From contig CAZLNP010000005.1 of NCBI GenBank assembly GCA_964561085.1, forward strand, positions 3,151 through 67,150: DNA of 64,000 bases. Reading direction: 5' to 3'. The stretch is from an uncultured Candidatus Saccharibacteria bacterium. Its GTDB lineage: Bacteria > Patescibacteriota > Doudnabacteria > UBA920. Below are positions 6,918-16,190 of the stretch, in pieces (position 1 is the stretch's first letter; every line of letters starts with the position of its first letter). A program made the position numbers and the translations under genes. The notes under the pieces were generated by a model, which made no database searches, was not told where the DNA came from, and worked only from the letters and a program-made list of their open reading frames with translations.

Positions 6918-7886
6918 TTAAACAACTTCCCATTTCCCTCGACTATCTCGAGCTAAAGTGCCTAATAAAGTGAACCCCGCAGCTAATTTGTGTCCCCCAC
7001 CACCTAAGGATTGAGCAATGGCTTGTACATCTACACCTTTGTATTCCTCGCTACGTAGGCTCCCTTTGATGATGTCTTTATCTTGTTTTAGGAACATAGC
7101 AAACTTTGCTTCGGGCACTTTATTTAAAGTTTCTACAATTCCTTCAAAAGCAGAGAGTGGCGGGTTCCCTAAATCATTTAGCTCCTCTGCTGTAATAATA
7201 GAGTAGATCATTTGCTTGGTTTTATCGTAGTGAGCATTGCCTAATGCTTTGGACCAAGCTTTTAAACTCGCCAGATCTTTGCCTTCGTATGTGTGTTTAG
7301 TAACCGTAGAAACGCGGGCCCCTTTTGTCATTAACTCTGCCGCTGCCGCTAGCGTACTAGCTTGAGTGTTGCTGTGCATGAATATCCCTGTGTCTGTAAC
7401 AATTCCCGTTAACAAACAAAGCGCAATGTCATGAGTAATTTCCCAATCAGCAAACTTAAACAAATCGTAAGTTAATTCTGCAACTGAAGATTTTGTATAA
7501 TCAACAACATTTACATCGCCATACATTTTGTTATCTGGATGATGATCCAAATTAATAGTTGGAACATTTAGTTGTAAAATTTCTTCATGCTTTACTCTGT
7601 CTCGAACAGAGCATCCAGAAATTACTAAAGCGTCGAATTGCCAATTCTGTCCTTGCTCGTCTTTTGGTAAAGTTTCAGAAACCAGTTCTGCCATTGGCAA
7701 GTATTGAAGTTGTTGGGGCACTCCCCCTTGAACAACCACCGCAACTTTTTTTCCTGCCAGTTTTAAATGATGAGCCAAAGCCAAAGCCGAACCAAGGTCA
7801 TCGCCATCAGTTCGTTCATGAGTAGTCAATAAAATAGTCTGCGCTTGTTCGAGCAGTTGTTTGGCTTGTGGGAAAGACTCGTGCAT
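6918..7886 (-). CDS. nrnA: DHH-family phosphoesterase (NrnA-like oligoribonuclease/pAp phosphatase)
   Basis: DHH/DHHA1 motifs: HERTDGDDLGS, NLDHHPDN, and C-terminal GGGGHKLAAG. Confidence 0.75.
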   Translation of the reverse strand: MHESFPQAKQLLEQAQTILLTTHERTDGDDLGSALALAHHLKLAGKKVAVVVQGGVPQQLQYLPMAELVSETLPKDEQGQNWQFDALVISGCSVRDRVKHEEILQLNVPTINLDHHPDNKMYGDVNVVDYTKSSVAELTYDLFKFADWEITHDIALCLLTGIVTDTGIFMHSNTQASTLAAAAELMTKGARVSTVTKHTYEGKDLASLKAWSKALGNAHYDKTKQMIYSIITAEELNDLGNPPLSAFEGIVETLNKVPEAKFAMFLKQDKDIIKGSLRSEEYKGVDVQAIAQSLGGGGHKLAAGFTLLGTLARDSRGKWEVV

Positions 7887-8251
7887 TAGTTTTCCTCGCC
7901 CTCGTCTTCTTCGTGAATTTTGTTAATCAGCTCATCGATGTGCTGAACGTATCTAGGTGATGTATCTAAAAAGAATTGTAATCGTGGAGTCATCTTCATG
8001 CCCATTTGGCGATTTAATTCACCTTGAATATCGTAAATATTTTTTTGGATAGCTGCTAGGATTTTGTCATCATCACCACCTACAATTGAAACCCAAACTT
8101 TTGCCCAACGAGAATCGCCACTGGTTTCTACTCGAGAAACAGTCACTAAACCATTTTGTCCATCCAAAAATTCCGGCAGGTTGCTGCCGACCAGGCGTTG
8201 AATTAGTGAGTTCATTTTTTCTATTCGATTGGTGTTTTTAGGTTGTGCCAT
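7886..8251 (-). CDS. rbfA: ribosome-binding factor A
   Basis: 121 aa. The KH-like core (VTVSRVETSGDSRWAKVWVSIVG ... KNIYDIQGELNRQMGMKMTPRLQF) matches RbfA. Located downstream of infB. Confidence 0.8.
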   Translation of the reverse strand: MAQPKNTNRIEKMNSLIQRLVGSNLPEFLDGQNGLVTVSRVETSGDSRWAKVWVSIVGGDDDKILAAIQKNIYDIQGELNRQMGMKMTPRLQFFLDTSPRYVQHIDELINKIHEEDEGEEN

Positions 8252-8356
8252 AGCTGTGTACTATATCAAAGTATAGGTATTATAGCAAGGGTTGGTGATA
8301 TATAGATAAAAAGAAACCTGAACACATAACATGTTCAGGCTAATCCGCTGTGATCT

Positions 8357-8710
8357 TTAAAGATCACTAAATAATGATAGAATTGCATTTTCTAACTCTT
8401 CAATGCTAGAGAACGGCTTTAATAGAAATCTGTCAGCCGTGTGATTTTCCGGTGATTCCCCAGACATCAAGATAGTTTTAACATTTTTATTGTGATGCTG
8501 AACATTCTTGATTACTTCGGTTCCCCATCGGTCTGGGTTACCGTCCATGTGATTGTCACAAATAACCAAATCAAAATGATGGTTATTTGTAGCCTTAAGC
8601 GCGGCACTACCGTTGTCGCACACAGTAACTTCAAATCCAAAACTTTCAACGACAGAAGCAACTAGATTCAGAACCGCTGCTTCGTCGTCAGCCACTAAAG
8701 CAAACTTCAT
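8357..8710 (-). CDS. stand-alone response-regulator receiver domain protein
   Basis: CheY-like fold signature: ALVADDE acidic pocket, DLVICDNHM phospho-acceptor Asp region, ILMSGES. GGAGG RBS 9 nt upstream of the chosen ATG (MKFALV). Confidence 0.65.
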   Translation of the reverse strand: MKFALVADDEAAVLNLVASVVESFGFEVTVCDNGSAALKATNNHHFDLVICDNHMDGNPDRWGTEVIKNVQHHNKNVKTILMSGESPENHTADRFLLKPFSSIEELENAILSLFSDL

Positions 8711-8772
8711 TGTGTATTTTACCTCCGTCAAAATATGTTTGACTTTGTATACTAACATACATGTCTAAAATA

Positions 8773-8803
8773 AAAAAGACCAGCATTTTGCTGGCCTTGA
8801 TCA
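8773..8803 (-). terminator. Rho-independent terminator after infB
   Basis: Minus strand reads ggccagcaAAATgctggtc followed by a T-run. Confidence 0.55.
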
Positions 8804-8826
8804 TCTAAATATCTTTTCTTATTTAG

Positions 8827-10839
8827 CTAAAGCGTCTTCTGCTTAAGAGTTTCTTCAAAACTTTCGATCATATCGCCTTCTAGTACTTTGACATTGGTTT
8901 TAAGCTTCATGCCAAATTCGTTGCCACGCGCTACTTCTTTGGTATCGATCTTGCTTTGTTGTAAATCTACAATTTCACCACGGCCAACTTCTTTCCAGCC
9001 TTTGTACTCTTCTGTAGACTCTTCGCCTGACTCGTCATCAGATTCATCTTCTGTTGGCTCAGGATCTTCCGCTACAGCGACCTTACGCCAAATTGCAACT
9101 GGTTTATTCTTACGAATTTCACCGTCATCAACTTTACCACCAATAATCATTTGAGATTTTTCAGTACGGAAAATCGCTAAGATAGTTCCTGTGCCGAAAG
9201 TCGCCTTTTCCATTTCTGGAGTGAACATGGCAATTACTGCGCTAGTGATGTTTTCCAAAAGTTCGTAAATAACATCATAGCTTTCAATGGCAACTTTCTT
9301 TTGCTTCGCTAAGTTAATTGCCTTCGGATTAGTTTTGGTGTGGAAAGCAATTACAGTACCCTTGCTGCTGTCGGCAAGTAATACATCGCTTTCGTTGATC
9401 TCACCAATTCCTTCGCTCAAAATATTAATTTGAACCTCATCATTTTTAAGTTTAGAAAGAGATTGTTTAATAGCTTCCAAAGAACCAGCTACGTCTGCTT
9501 TCAAAATCAAATTCAAAGTTTTAGATTCGCTATCGCCTTGTAAGCTAGAACGGTTTGTCAGTTTACGGCTATGCTTCATCTTTTGCGCATTACTCGCAAT
9601 AGTACGAGCTTCGTCTAAACTTTCGTTTGTTTGCAAGATATCCCCTGCTTGAGGTAGATCGGAGAAACCAGAAATAAGCGCTGGGCGGCTTGGCGCAACG
9701 AATTTTAGTTTCTTACCGTGCTCATCTTCTAAAGATTTAACTTTACCGTACCCTGTACCTGCAACAATAATATCACCAACTTTTAGAGTTCCATTTTGCA
9801 CGATAACAGTTGCAACAGCACCTTTACCTTGCGCAACGTGAGATTCAATAACAGTACCTAAAACTTTTCCATTTGGGTTAGCTTTAAAATCTTCCACTTC
9901 GGCTTGAAGCAAAACCATTTCTAGAAGTTTATCTATACCAATGTTTTGTTTCGCAGAAATTTCAACAGCAATAACTTTTCCGCCCCAGTCTTCTAAAAGA
10001 ACGCCATGCTCTGCAAGCTCTTGCTTGGTTTTCATTACGTTGGCGTTTTCTTTATCAATTTTGTTGATCGCCACAATTAACGGTGTATTTGTAAATTTAG
10101 CACGATTGATAACTTCAATAGTTTGTGGACGAACACTGTCGTCTGCTGCCACAACTAAAATGATCATGTCGGTTACGTTTGCACCACGAGCACGCATTTC
10201 TACGAACGCTTCATGACCTGGAGTATCTAGGAAAGTGATAACTTTATCGTTGTGCTTGATTTGATACGCACCAATGTGCTGAGTGATTCCACCACTTTCA
10301 GTTTCAACAACACTTGCCTTGCGGATTGCATCAAGCAAAGTAGTTTTACCATGGTCAACGTGGCCCATTACAGCAACGATTGGTGGACGAGTCTCTAAGT
10401 TTTCTGATGACTCTTCATTTAGGCTTTCTTGTAAAAAGCCGATACCGAATTCTTTAGCTTCGCCTGTCTGTTCGGTAGCAACTTCAAATCCTAAATCTTG
10501 CGCAATAATAGTCGCAGTTTCAAAATCCACTTCTTCGTTAATAGTCGCCATTACTCCGTTAGTAATAAGCGCCTTGATAACATTTGTGACTGGCAGTTCA
10601 AGTAAGTCCGCAAAATCTCTCACTTTGATGAAAGCTGGCAAAGAAACCTTTTTCGCTTCTGGCTTAGGAGCGTTAGGGTCCAATTTTGGTTTTGGTTTCA
10701 AGGCTTCAACGATTTGCTTGGCTAAGTAGTTATCAATCTTGTTCGCGCGAGGAGATATACGAAAACCAGCTGCGTTTGCCTTTGTACGCAGGTCGTTGAT
10801 CGACATATTTAATTCGTGTGATAAAGATGATAAATTCAT
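8827..10839 (-). CDS. infB: translation initiation factor IF-2
   Basis: G-domain motifs GHVDHGKTTLLD, DTPGH, NKID. C-terminal beta-barrel domains. 670 aa. Confidence 0.95.
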   Translation of the reverse strand: MNLSSLSHELNMSINDLRTKANAAGFRISPRANKIDNYLAKQIVEALKPKPKLDPNAPKPEAKKVSLPAFIKVRDFADLLELPVTNVIKALITNGVMATINEEVDFETATIIAQDLGFEVATEQTGEAKEFGIGFLQESLNEESSENLETRPPIVAVMGHVDHGKTTLLDAIRKASVVETESGGITQHIGAYQIKHNDKVITFLDTPGHEAFVEMRARGANVTDMIILVVAADDSVRPQTIEVINRAKFTNTPLIVAINKIDKENANVMKTKQELAEHGVLLEDWGGKVIAVEISAKQNIGIDKLLEMVLLQAEVEDFKANPNGKVLGTVIESHVAQGKGAVATVIVQNGTLKVGDIIVAGTGYGKVKSLEDEHGKKLKFVAPSRPALISGFSDLPQAGDILQTNESLDEARTIASNAQKMKHSRKLTNRSSLQGDSESKTLNLILKADVAGSLEAIKQSLSKLKNDEVQINILSEGIGEINESDVLLADSSKGTVIAFHTKTNPKAINLAKQKKVAIESYDVIYELLENITSAVIAMFTPEMEKATFGTGTILAIFRTEKSQMIIGGKVDDGEIRKNKPVAIWRKVAVAEDPEPTEDESDDESGEESTEEYKGWKEVGRGEIVDLQQSKIDTKEVARGNEFGMKLKTNVKVLEGDMIESFEETLKQKTL

Positions 10840-10905
10840 TGGGTTTTTCCTAGGGTTTTGGACTTAACTGATTAACTATACTGCATTTCTTGAATAAAAT
10901 CAAGG

Positions 10906-11679
10906 TTATTCTTTAGTGTTCGCCCAGATTCCTTGGAACAACGCACGCATGTTTTGAGCCATCGCTTTGTCGTAAATTTCGATCATATAATGTGGTTTTT
11001 TGTTTGTGAATGACATTACTACATAATCGCCTAATACCCAGGTCGTCGCTGTAAAGTTCTCCGCCCCTGGCCATACGCGGATCATCCTTTGTTCTGGCCA
11101 TCTGCGTTCTGCTCGAACCTTTTCTTCAATATCAGATGGGGTAGTAATCAGCTTTAGCTTCATATCCTTAGTATTAGGCTGTTCCCAATGCCAATCTATG
11201 TATTTGTTATAGTGTTCTACAAATGATGGATCTTGGAACCCCCACCAGATTCCATCTGTTTTCATTATGCTTTCTGTCCAAATTGGCGTTTGTTGGTATA
11301 GGTACTCTTCAAAGTCATCCTCCGATTTAAACTGGATTTTTGGTGGAGAATATACTGTATCTTTAGATATAGAAAATAATTCAGGAATAAGCTGATCAAC
11401 TAAGTTTTTCCTGTGTTGCAGGTGCTGCTCTTCCCTAGCTATTAAGGTTTTAAGATCTTGAGGTGGTAACGGTACAAATGAGCTTGGTGTGGTTGTAGAA
11501 TCTTCGTAAATAAAGCCTTTATCTATTAGGTCACGGTTTACGCTGTATATAGTCGTTCTATTTATATTGGTTATTCGTGAAAGCTCTGTTGCTGTTGCCT
11601 TTCCTCTCTGAACTAAACTTGTATACACAGCTATTTCTTTATCCCCTAAGCCAAATTTAAGCAGTAAATCAGTTATCAT
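10906..11679 (-). CDS. TrmB-family transcriptional regulator
   Basis: N-terminal HTH (GLGDKEIAVYTSLVQRGKATATELSRITNINRTTIYSVNRDLIDKGFI). Paralogous to the HTH of 18370..19166. Confidence 0.7.
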   Translation of the reverse strand: MITDLLLKFGLGDKEIAVYTSLVQRGKATATELSRITNINRTTIYSVNRDLIDKGFIYEDSTTTPSSFVPLPPQDLKTLIAREEQHLQHRKNLVDQLIPELFSISKDTVYSPPKIQFKSEDDFEEYLYQQTPIWTESIMKTDGIWWGFQDPSFVEHYNKYIDWHWEQPNTKDMKLKLITTPSDIEEKVRAERRWPEQRMIRVWPGAENFTATTWVLGDYVVMSFTNKKPHYMIEIYDKAMAQNMRALFQGIWANTKE

Positions 11680-11696
11680 GCTAATATGATATCAAT

Positions 11697-11717
11697 TTGT
11701 TGATAAATTGTCAACAA
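11697..11717. promoter_or_regulatory. inverted repeat TTGTTGA-N7-TCAACAA (candidate TrmB operator)
   Basis: Located 18 bp upstream of the TrmB-like gene start, in the divergent intergenic region. Confidence 0.4.
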
Positions 11718-11737
11718 TAATATTTTGCTTAAATAAG

Positions 11738-11751
11738 ATGCCAATTGGCAT
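11738..11751. promoter_or_regulatory. perfect 14-bp palindrome ATGCCAATTGGCAT
   Basis: Perfect palindrome in the same divergent region, ~30 bp upstream of the consensus promoter. Confidence 0.4.
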
Positions 11752-11778
11752 TTGTACTGAGTCTTTGTCGGAAAAGTA

Positions 11779-11807
11779 TTGACAAAATAGGTAAAATGGG
11801 ATATAAT
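11779..11807 (+). promoter_or_regulatory. near-consensus sigma70 promoter (TTGACA-17-TATAAT) with ~100-nt leader
   Basis: Exact TTGACA and TATAAT hexamers with a 17-bp spacer. Followed by a ~100-nt 5' leader ending in a GGAGGA RBS before the ATG at 11909. Confidence 0.7.
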
Positions 11808-11908
11808 GTTTCCGTTACGATGAATCGTGACTTACAGGTAGCCACCTGACTCTTAAGAGTAAGTTTTACTTAAAGCAGGCAACAGAACTCTGTAACCGTG
11901 GAGGAAGC

Positions 11909-12484
11909 ATGAAAAACGCAATGATTTTAGTAGTGATGGTTCTTGGTCAGACCCTTTTGACTTTTGGTCAGGAAGGAACAACTCCTAGGAATCAGCTCCA
12001 CGGTGAAGTGGAGTTCGAAATAGAGGTTCGCAACGGCAATGTTCGACCACAGGTTAAGACCTACTTAACTTATGGTGGTAAGAACAGATTTGGCGTATAC
12101 TGCTGGATCCAAAATAGTAAGTCTTATAATCAAGCTTACTGTGGTCCAAAGGTTGCTATGAAGCCCTGGCTAGAAGTTGGTGTCGCAGTTGGTGTCCAAA
12201 CTGGACCAAAGAGATTTCAAGCAGGTGCCTTTGTCTGGGCAGGTAAGCCAATCAAAGGCAAGATGGTTTCCAACCTCTTTGTTATCGAGAAAGGCGGAAC
12301 GTGGTATCGCAATGTAACATCTGTTCAGATCAATAAGCTTGTTAAAGTCTCATTGGTCAAACAGCGTTATCAAGGCATAGGCGGCCGTTTGGATTTTACA
12401 CTAGGTCGAGGATTCTCAACCAGCGTAGAGTCACTCTATGACAAAACCTCCGTCACTAAGGTCGGTATGAAGTATAGCTTCTAA
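11909..12484 (+). CDS. secreted hypothetical protein (signal peptide; C-terminal ...YSF)
   Basis: N-terminal signal peptide MKNAMILVVMVLGQTLLTFGQ. Beta-rich composition. Ends in an aromatic residue. Confidence 0.6.
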   Translation: MKNAMILVVMVLGQTLLTFGQEGTTPRNQLHGEVEFEIEVRNGNVRPQVKTYLTYGGKNRFGVYCWIQNSKSYNQAYCGPKVAMKPWLEVGVAVGVQTGPKRFQAGAFVWAGKPIKGKMVSNLFVIEKGGTWYRNVTSVQINKLVKVSLVKQRYQGIGGRLDFTLGRGFSTSVESLYDKTSVTKVGMKYSF

Positions 12485-12637
12485 CCTACCAAGCTAAGCA
12501 ACTAGCTACCCCCCCTCAAGTTAAGATAGATTGTTGCTAATCTATCTCCCCTTCTACAAATGTGTATTTGTACTGATGAGTCCTAAAGGACGAAAAGGAA
12601 TTAGTAACATAAAAGCCCCCTACTTGCGGGCTTTTAT

Positions 12638-12955
12638 TTAAACCAGCTTTAGATGCCTCTCTATTTTAGACACACGTTTATTTAAAGCTTTTATTTCAAA
12701 GTTAGGAGCCATCTGGTCAAGCCGAATATCTAGCCTGTTAACTTCACTCCCCAGCTTATTTTCTAATGAATCAAGTCTTCTATTTGCCTCTTCAAAACCT
12801 CTTGTTGTCATTGTGGCTAGCTTTTCAATCTCTTTCTCAATTTTATCTTCAGTTCTTATAAATCCATCAGTGGTAACTTTAACAAGCTTTTCTACAGCAG
12901 TGTTCAATTTATCAAATTTCGTTGATAGGTTTGTAAGTGTAATTTCTTTAGACAT
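12638..12955 (-). CDS. coiled-coil hypothetical protein
   Basis: 105 aa with Leu/Lys/Glu heptad-like composition. Terminator-like hairpin at 12611..12640. Confidence 0.45.
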   Translation of the reverse strand: MSKEITLTNLSTKFDKLNTAVEKLVKVTTDGFIRTEDKIEKEIEKLATMTTRGFEEANRRLDSLENKLGSEVNRLDIRLDQMAPNFEIKALNKRVSKIERHLKLV

Positions 12956-13153
12956 AATTTTCTCTTTTAGTTATTTTACCATATTGTAAAATAATTAACT
13001 TCAAGAAAAATTAAATTTTTCTCAATGAAAGCAAGAAAGTATTTTAAATAAAACGAAAGAAATATAAAACGGCTTTTGATGGCGGCATTGAGTTGGTTCT
13101 AGTTTGAGTCAGAGGATGAATAAAAATAAGCGGATGTAGAAAGAAGTTTAACT

Positions 13154-13738
13154 TCAATCTGCATCCGCCTTTTTGTGCAACTTCCACACGAACCGGGTTG
13201 TTACTCCATCTCGTGTTTCTGTATAGCCCTCTGGTTTGTATTGAAAATCCCAAAGCCTTACCTCGAAGCGATGGTCTTCGCTACTGGTTTTTACACCAGG
13301 ATAGCTAATTGATTCGCGAAGAGGTTCTCTAGTTTTACCTTTGAATTTAAGGTTCAAAATTCCCGGTGGGATGTTGAGCTCTTCATGTAAAGCCCTAGAG
13401 ATAGCGTTTATATCAGCGACTTCATTACCAACTAAAGTTTCCGATACAGATGCTTGCCCTTTTCTGGTTCGTGGGCGATTTCCTTTCAGGGTTTGCTTCT
13501 CTTCTACAAGAACATATACATCACCATTTGCAGGATTTTTATAGTAGATGTCTAGCAGAATTGTCCGGATGTAACGAATAACTTTATTGTAGGAATCAAA
13601 CTTCACTATTGATTCACGATTGTCGATTTCTACAATGAAATCCTCAAATGATTTGCATTCACCAGCACCCCATTTTATTAGGGGTACGCCGGCATTCAGT
13701 AGGTTTATTAATAGTTCCACTGCTTTGTCTCTTTGCAT
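13154..13738 (-). CDS. hypothetical protein
   Basis: 194-aa ORF with good coding appearance. No motif recognised. Confidence 0.5.
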   Translation of the reverse strand: MQRDKAVELLINLLNAGVPLIKWGAGECKSFEDFIVEIDNRESIVKFDSYNKVIRYIRTILLDIYYKNPANGDVYVLVEEKQTLKGNRPRTRKGQASVSETLVGNEVADINAISRALHEELNIPPGILNLKFKGKTREPLRESISYPGVKTSSEDHRFEVRLWDFQYKPEGYTETRDGVTTRFVWKLHKKADAD

Positions 13739-13821
13739 ACTCCCTCCTAAAACATATCGACTTTACTTTCCTGACTGGTAAAAGTATCAAAAAAATAACC
13801 TGACGTCAATGAGTCAGGTTA

Positions 13822-14748
13822 TTAAAACGTGCGACCTTTTCCCACTATCATCCTTAGCTGTCGTGGGAAAATTTGTACTGTGGTAGGGACTTTAGCAAAT
13901 GTTCGCCCAGCAATCGTTAGTGGGAATCCACGAGGTTCTAGAAATTCAACCTGCTTACATTTAATTACAGAGGTTCCTGGAATATTCTCTAGAGCACCGG
14001 CGGCAATGTCTGGTTTGTATTTTAAAACGTCAATCTTGTTCATCTTCTCTAAAATCATCAAGTCTAGTAATCCATCAGTTGGATTAGCGATTGTTGAGTT
14101 CGAACTTGATGTAGCGCGTGAGTTTGTCACCGTTCCACCTAAACAAGTAATGTCCATGGTGTAAGAGTTATCAACGCGAATTTTTAAATTGTATTCTACT
14201 GCACTCATGCTGCGTAGACTGCTAAGCCATCCAGTGGTTTTTGCTTTGTTGGATGCCATGCCAAATTCAGCTTGGCTAATAAAATAGTTATCGCCCAGCA
14301 TTGCGAGGTCTATTTTTTCGATGCGACGCGCCGCAACTGTTTTCACAGCAGTTAGTAGACTATCAATTCCCAAGATCTGACTTAGATTAGAATCCTCTGT
14401 CATGGGAATGAATCCTAGTGCAAAGTCACGACCTTTTAAATATGCAAGCATAAAATTAAATGTATCATCAGTTCCACAAGCGATTAAAGTTTTCACTCCG
14501 CGTTCACTTGCGGTTTCTACTAGTTCGGCTATTCCTCTAATTGATGTGACGCGTGCCATTTCCCCAGATACCTTGAACTCAGCCAGCAATCCTTGCAGGG
14601 TTACTTGAGCGCGTTCGAATTGCGCATCCGGAATGTTTTTTCCATCGAGGATGTAGAAGTACATAAAATTTAAATTAGCGGGTCCTGTCGGTAGCAAGTC
14701 CTTTTTTACTCGCGGCACAGCCGTCTCGTAAAAAAGCCTTCCTACCAA
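13822..14748 (-). CDS. diacylglycerol/lipid kinase catalytic-domain protein (YegS/BmrU-like)
   Basis: DAGK_cat-like motif LIACGTDDTFNFML, and the conserved G-rich region near the C-terminus. Confidence 0.6.
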   Translation of the reverse strand: MVGRLFYETAVPRVKKDLLPTGPANLNFMYFYILDGKNIPDAQFERAQVTLQGLLAEFKVSGEMARVTSIRGIAELVETASERGVKTLIACGTDDTFNFMLAYLKGRDFALGFIPMTEDSNLSQILGIDSLLTAVKTVAARRIEKIDLAMLGDNYFISQAEFGMASNKAKTTGWLSSLRSMSAVEYNLKIRVDNSYTMDITCLGGTVTNSRATSSSNSTIANPTDGLLDLMILEKMNKIDVLKYKPDIAAGALENIPGTSVIKCKQVEFLEPRGFPLTIAGRTFAKVPTTVQIFPRQLRMIVGKGRTF

Positions 14749-14768
14749 CTCCCGCTACTTTATTTTAC

Positions 14769-15188
14769 TTATTCATCCTCTGGCTCTGGAGCAGATTTGC
14801 TACCGTTGCCACCATTCAAAGGTTTCAAGCTACCAGTTTGTTTGTCTATTACTGCACCTTTCATGCTACATTTCCCTGTGAACTGAGCCCCTTCTTCTAC
14901 GCGCAATATTCCACAAGTTATATCCCCTACAATGCGAGCAGTTGGTTGCAAGATTAAACTTTCAGCAACTTTAACATTACCGTGAATTTCTCCAGCGATA
15001 ATAGCATTACCTGCTAACACATCGGCAGCAATTTTTGCATGTTCGCCAATGTGAACACTTTGAGTTGTTTGTACTTTACCTGCAACTGCACCTTCAATGC
15101 GAATGTTGCCTTCTGAATTTAAATCCCCTTGAATTTTTACTGATGGGCCTACAACTGTCTCTGCTGCGGCGTTATGATCTTGTGCCAT
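14769..15188 (-). CDS. bactofilin (polymer-forming cytoskeletal protein)
   Basis: Repetitive beta-helix pattern (IEGAVAGKV, IGEHAKIAADV, IAGEIHGNVKV, IVGDITCGILRVEEGAQFTG) typical of DUF583/bactofilin. Confidence 0.75.
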   Translation of the reverse strand: MAQDHNAAAETVVGPSVKIQGDLNSEGNIRIEGAVAGKVQTTQSVHIGEHAKIAADVLAGNAIIAGEIHGNVKVAESLILQPTARIVGDITCGILRVEEGAQFTGKCSMKGAVIDKQTGSLKPLNGGNGSKSAPEPEDE

Positions 15189-15208
15189 GGTTTATAAAAA
15201 TTAATTAT

Positions 15209-15697
15209 TTAGTTAACTTGATGAGTCACTGCTTGAATTAAAGCTTCACGCTCTTCTTCGCTCAATGTTTGTTCACTCGTTCCATTAGTAATTATTTTTG
15301 CATAGATACGGCTATTAGCCCTACCATGTAAACTTGTAATTATAATTCCGGATTGATGAGCGTTGAGTAATGCTGCGGAAAAACTTAAGTTACCGCCATC
15401 ATCACCATTACCATTATAGCGAATGATCCCTACGTGCTGTGTAGCAGTGTTCAGCTGTTTTGAAATTGCCTCCAAGCTAAGAGCAGTTTTGTCGTTAGCT
15501 TCATCTATAAGCTTTAGTCTTTGCGCGATCTTCTCTACAATATCTTCCAAATTATTTGGAATATCGTCGGGATCATTTCCAGAAAAAATCTTTCTCCACT
15601 TCCTGGTTTGCCCAGAAGCTATTACCGCGTAAATACCAAAAACTAAGGCAATTACGGCTACTCCGAGACTCATATATGTTAAAACTGTTGGACTCAT
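15209..15697 (-). CDS. DUF4446-like membrane-anchored protein
   Basis: N-terminal TM helix. Motifs IIRYNGNGD..GGNLSFSAALL and SLHGRANSRIYAKII, as commonly found next to bactofilin genes. Confidence 0.55.
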   Translation of the reverse strand: MSPTVLTYMSLGVAVIALVFGIYAVIASGQTRKWRKIFSGNDPDDIPNNLEDIVEKIAQRLKLIDEANDKTALSLEAISKQLNTATQHVGIIRYNGNGDDGGNLSFSAALLNAHQSGIIITSLHGRANSRIYAKIITNGTSEQTLSEEEREALIQAVTHQVN

Positions 15698-15799
15698 AGT
15701 AGAGCTATTGTAGCACTGGTTTGCCCTTGTTTACAAACACGGCAATTGGTATACTTTTGAGGTCAAATATTTCTTAAATTTCCAATTAATTCAACTTTT

Positions 15800-16075
15800 A
15801 TGTCTAAAAAGAATCGATACAAATTCCGGGATCGCCCAGCAGTTAGTACTTCTCATGAAGAACATGTTAGTGCTTCAGCTGCTCCAGTAAGCGCAGGACG
15901 CGCTTCTGCTAGCGCTACAGCTATGAATCAGCACGTTGCTGAATACAAAATCATTAGCAAAGATCTAATTCGCTTAGTAGTATTAAATGGGTTGATGCTT
16001 GCAGCTGTACTAGTTGTTTACTTCACTAACAAGAACAATGGTTATTTAGAAAGAATGTTCCAAAACTTGTTCTAA
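15800..16075 (+). CDS. small hypothetical protein with C-terminal TM helix
   Basis: 91-aa ORF with hydrophobic C-terminal segment LIRLVVLNGLMLAAVLVVYF. Confidence 0.4.
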   Translation: MSKKNRYKFRDRPAVSTSHEEHVSASAAPVSAGRASASATAMNQHVAEYKIISKDLIRLVVLNGLMLAAVLVVYFTNKNNGYLERMFQNLF

Positions 16076-16190
16076 TTATCGAGGCTCGTTAAGTAAAAGT
16101 ATAAATTTTATATAAAAATAAGGCGATGGCTCAGTCAGAAAAAATCTGATAGAGGCATCGCCTTTTTAATTGCTTATGCAAAGTTTGTAT

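Noticed and set aside
8888-10729. Three plus-strand ORFs (8888..9154, 9941..10216, 10283..10729) inside infB.
   Set aside because: They are antisense to the highly conserved IF-2 coding sequence, and their Ser/Thr/Ala-rich low-complexity translations are typical of spurious frames.
13044-13253. 69-aa ORF overlapping the 3' end of 13154..13738.
   Set aside because: It overlaps a longer, better-supported ORF on the same strand in another frame and has no RBS; it is likely noise.
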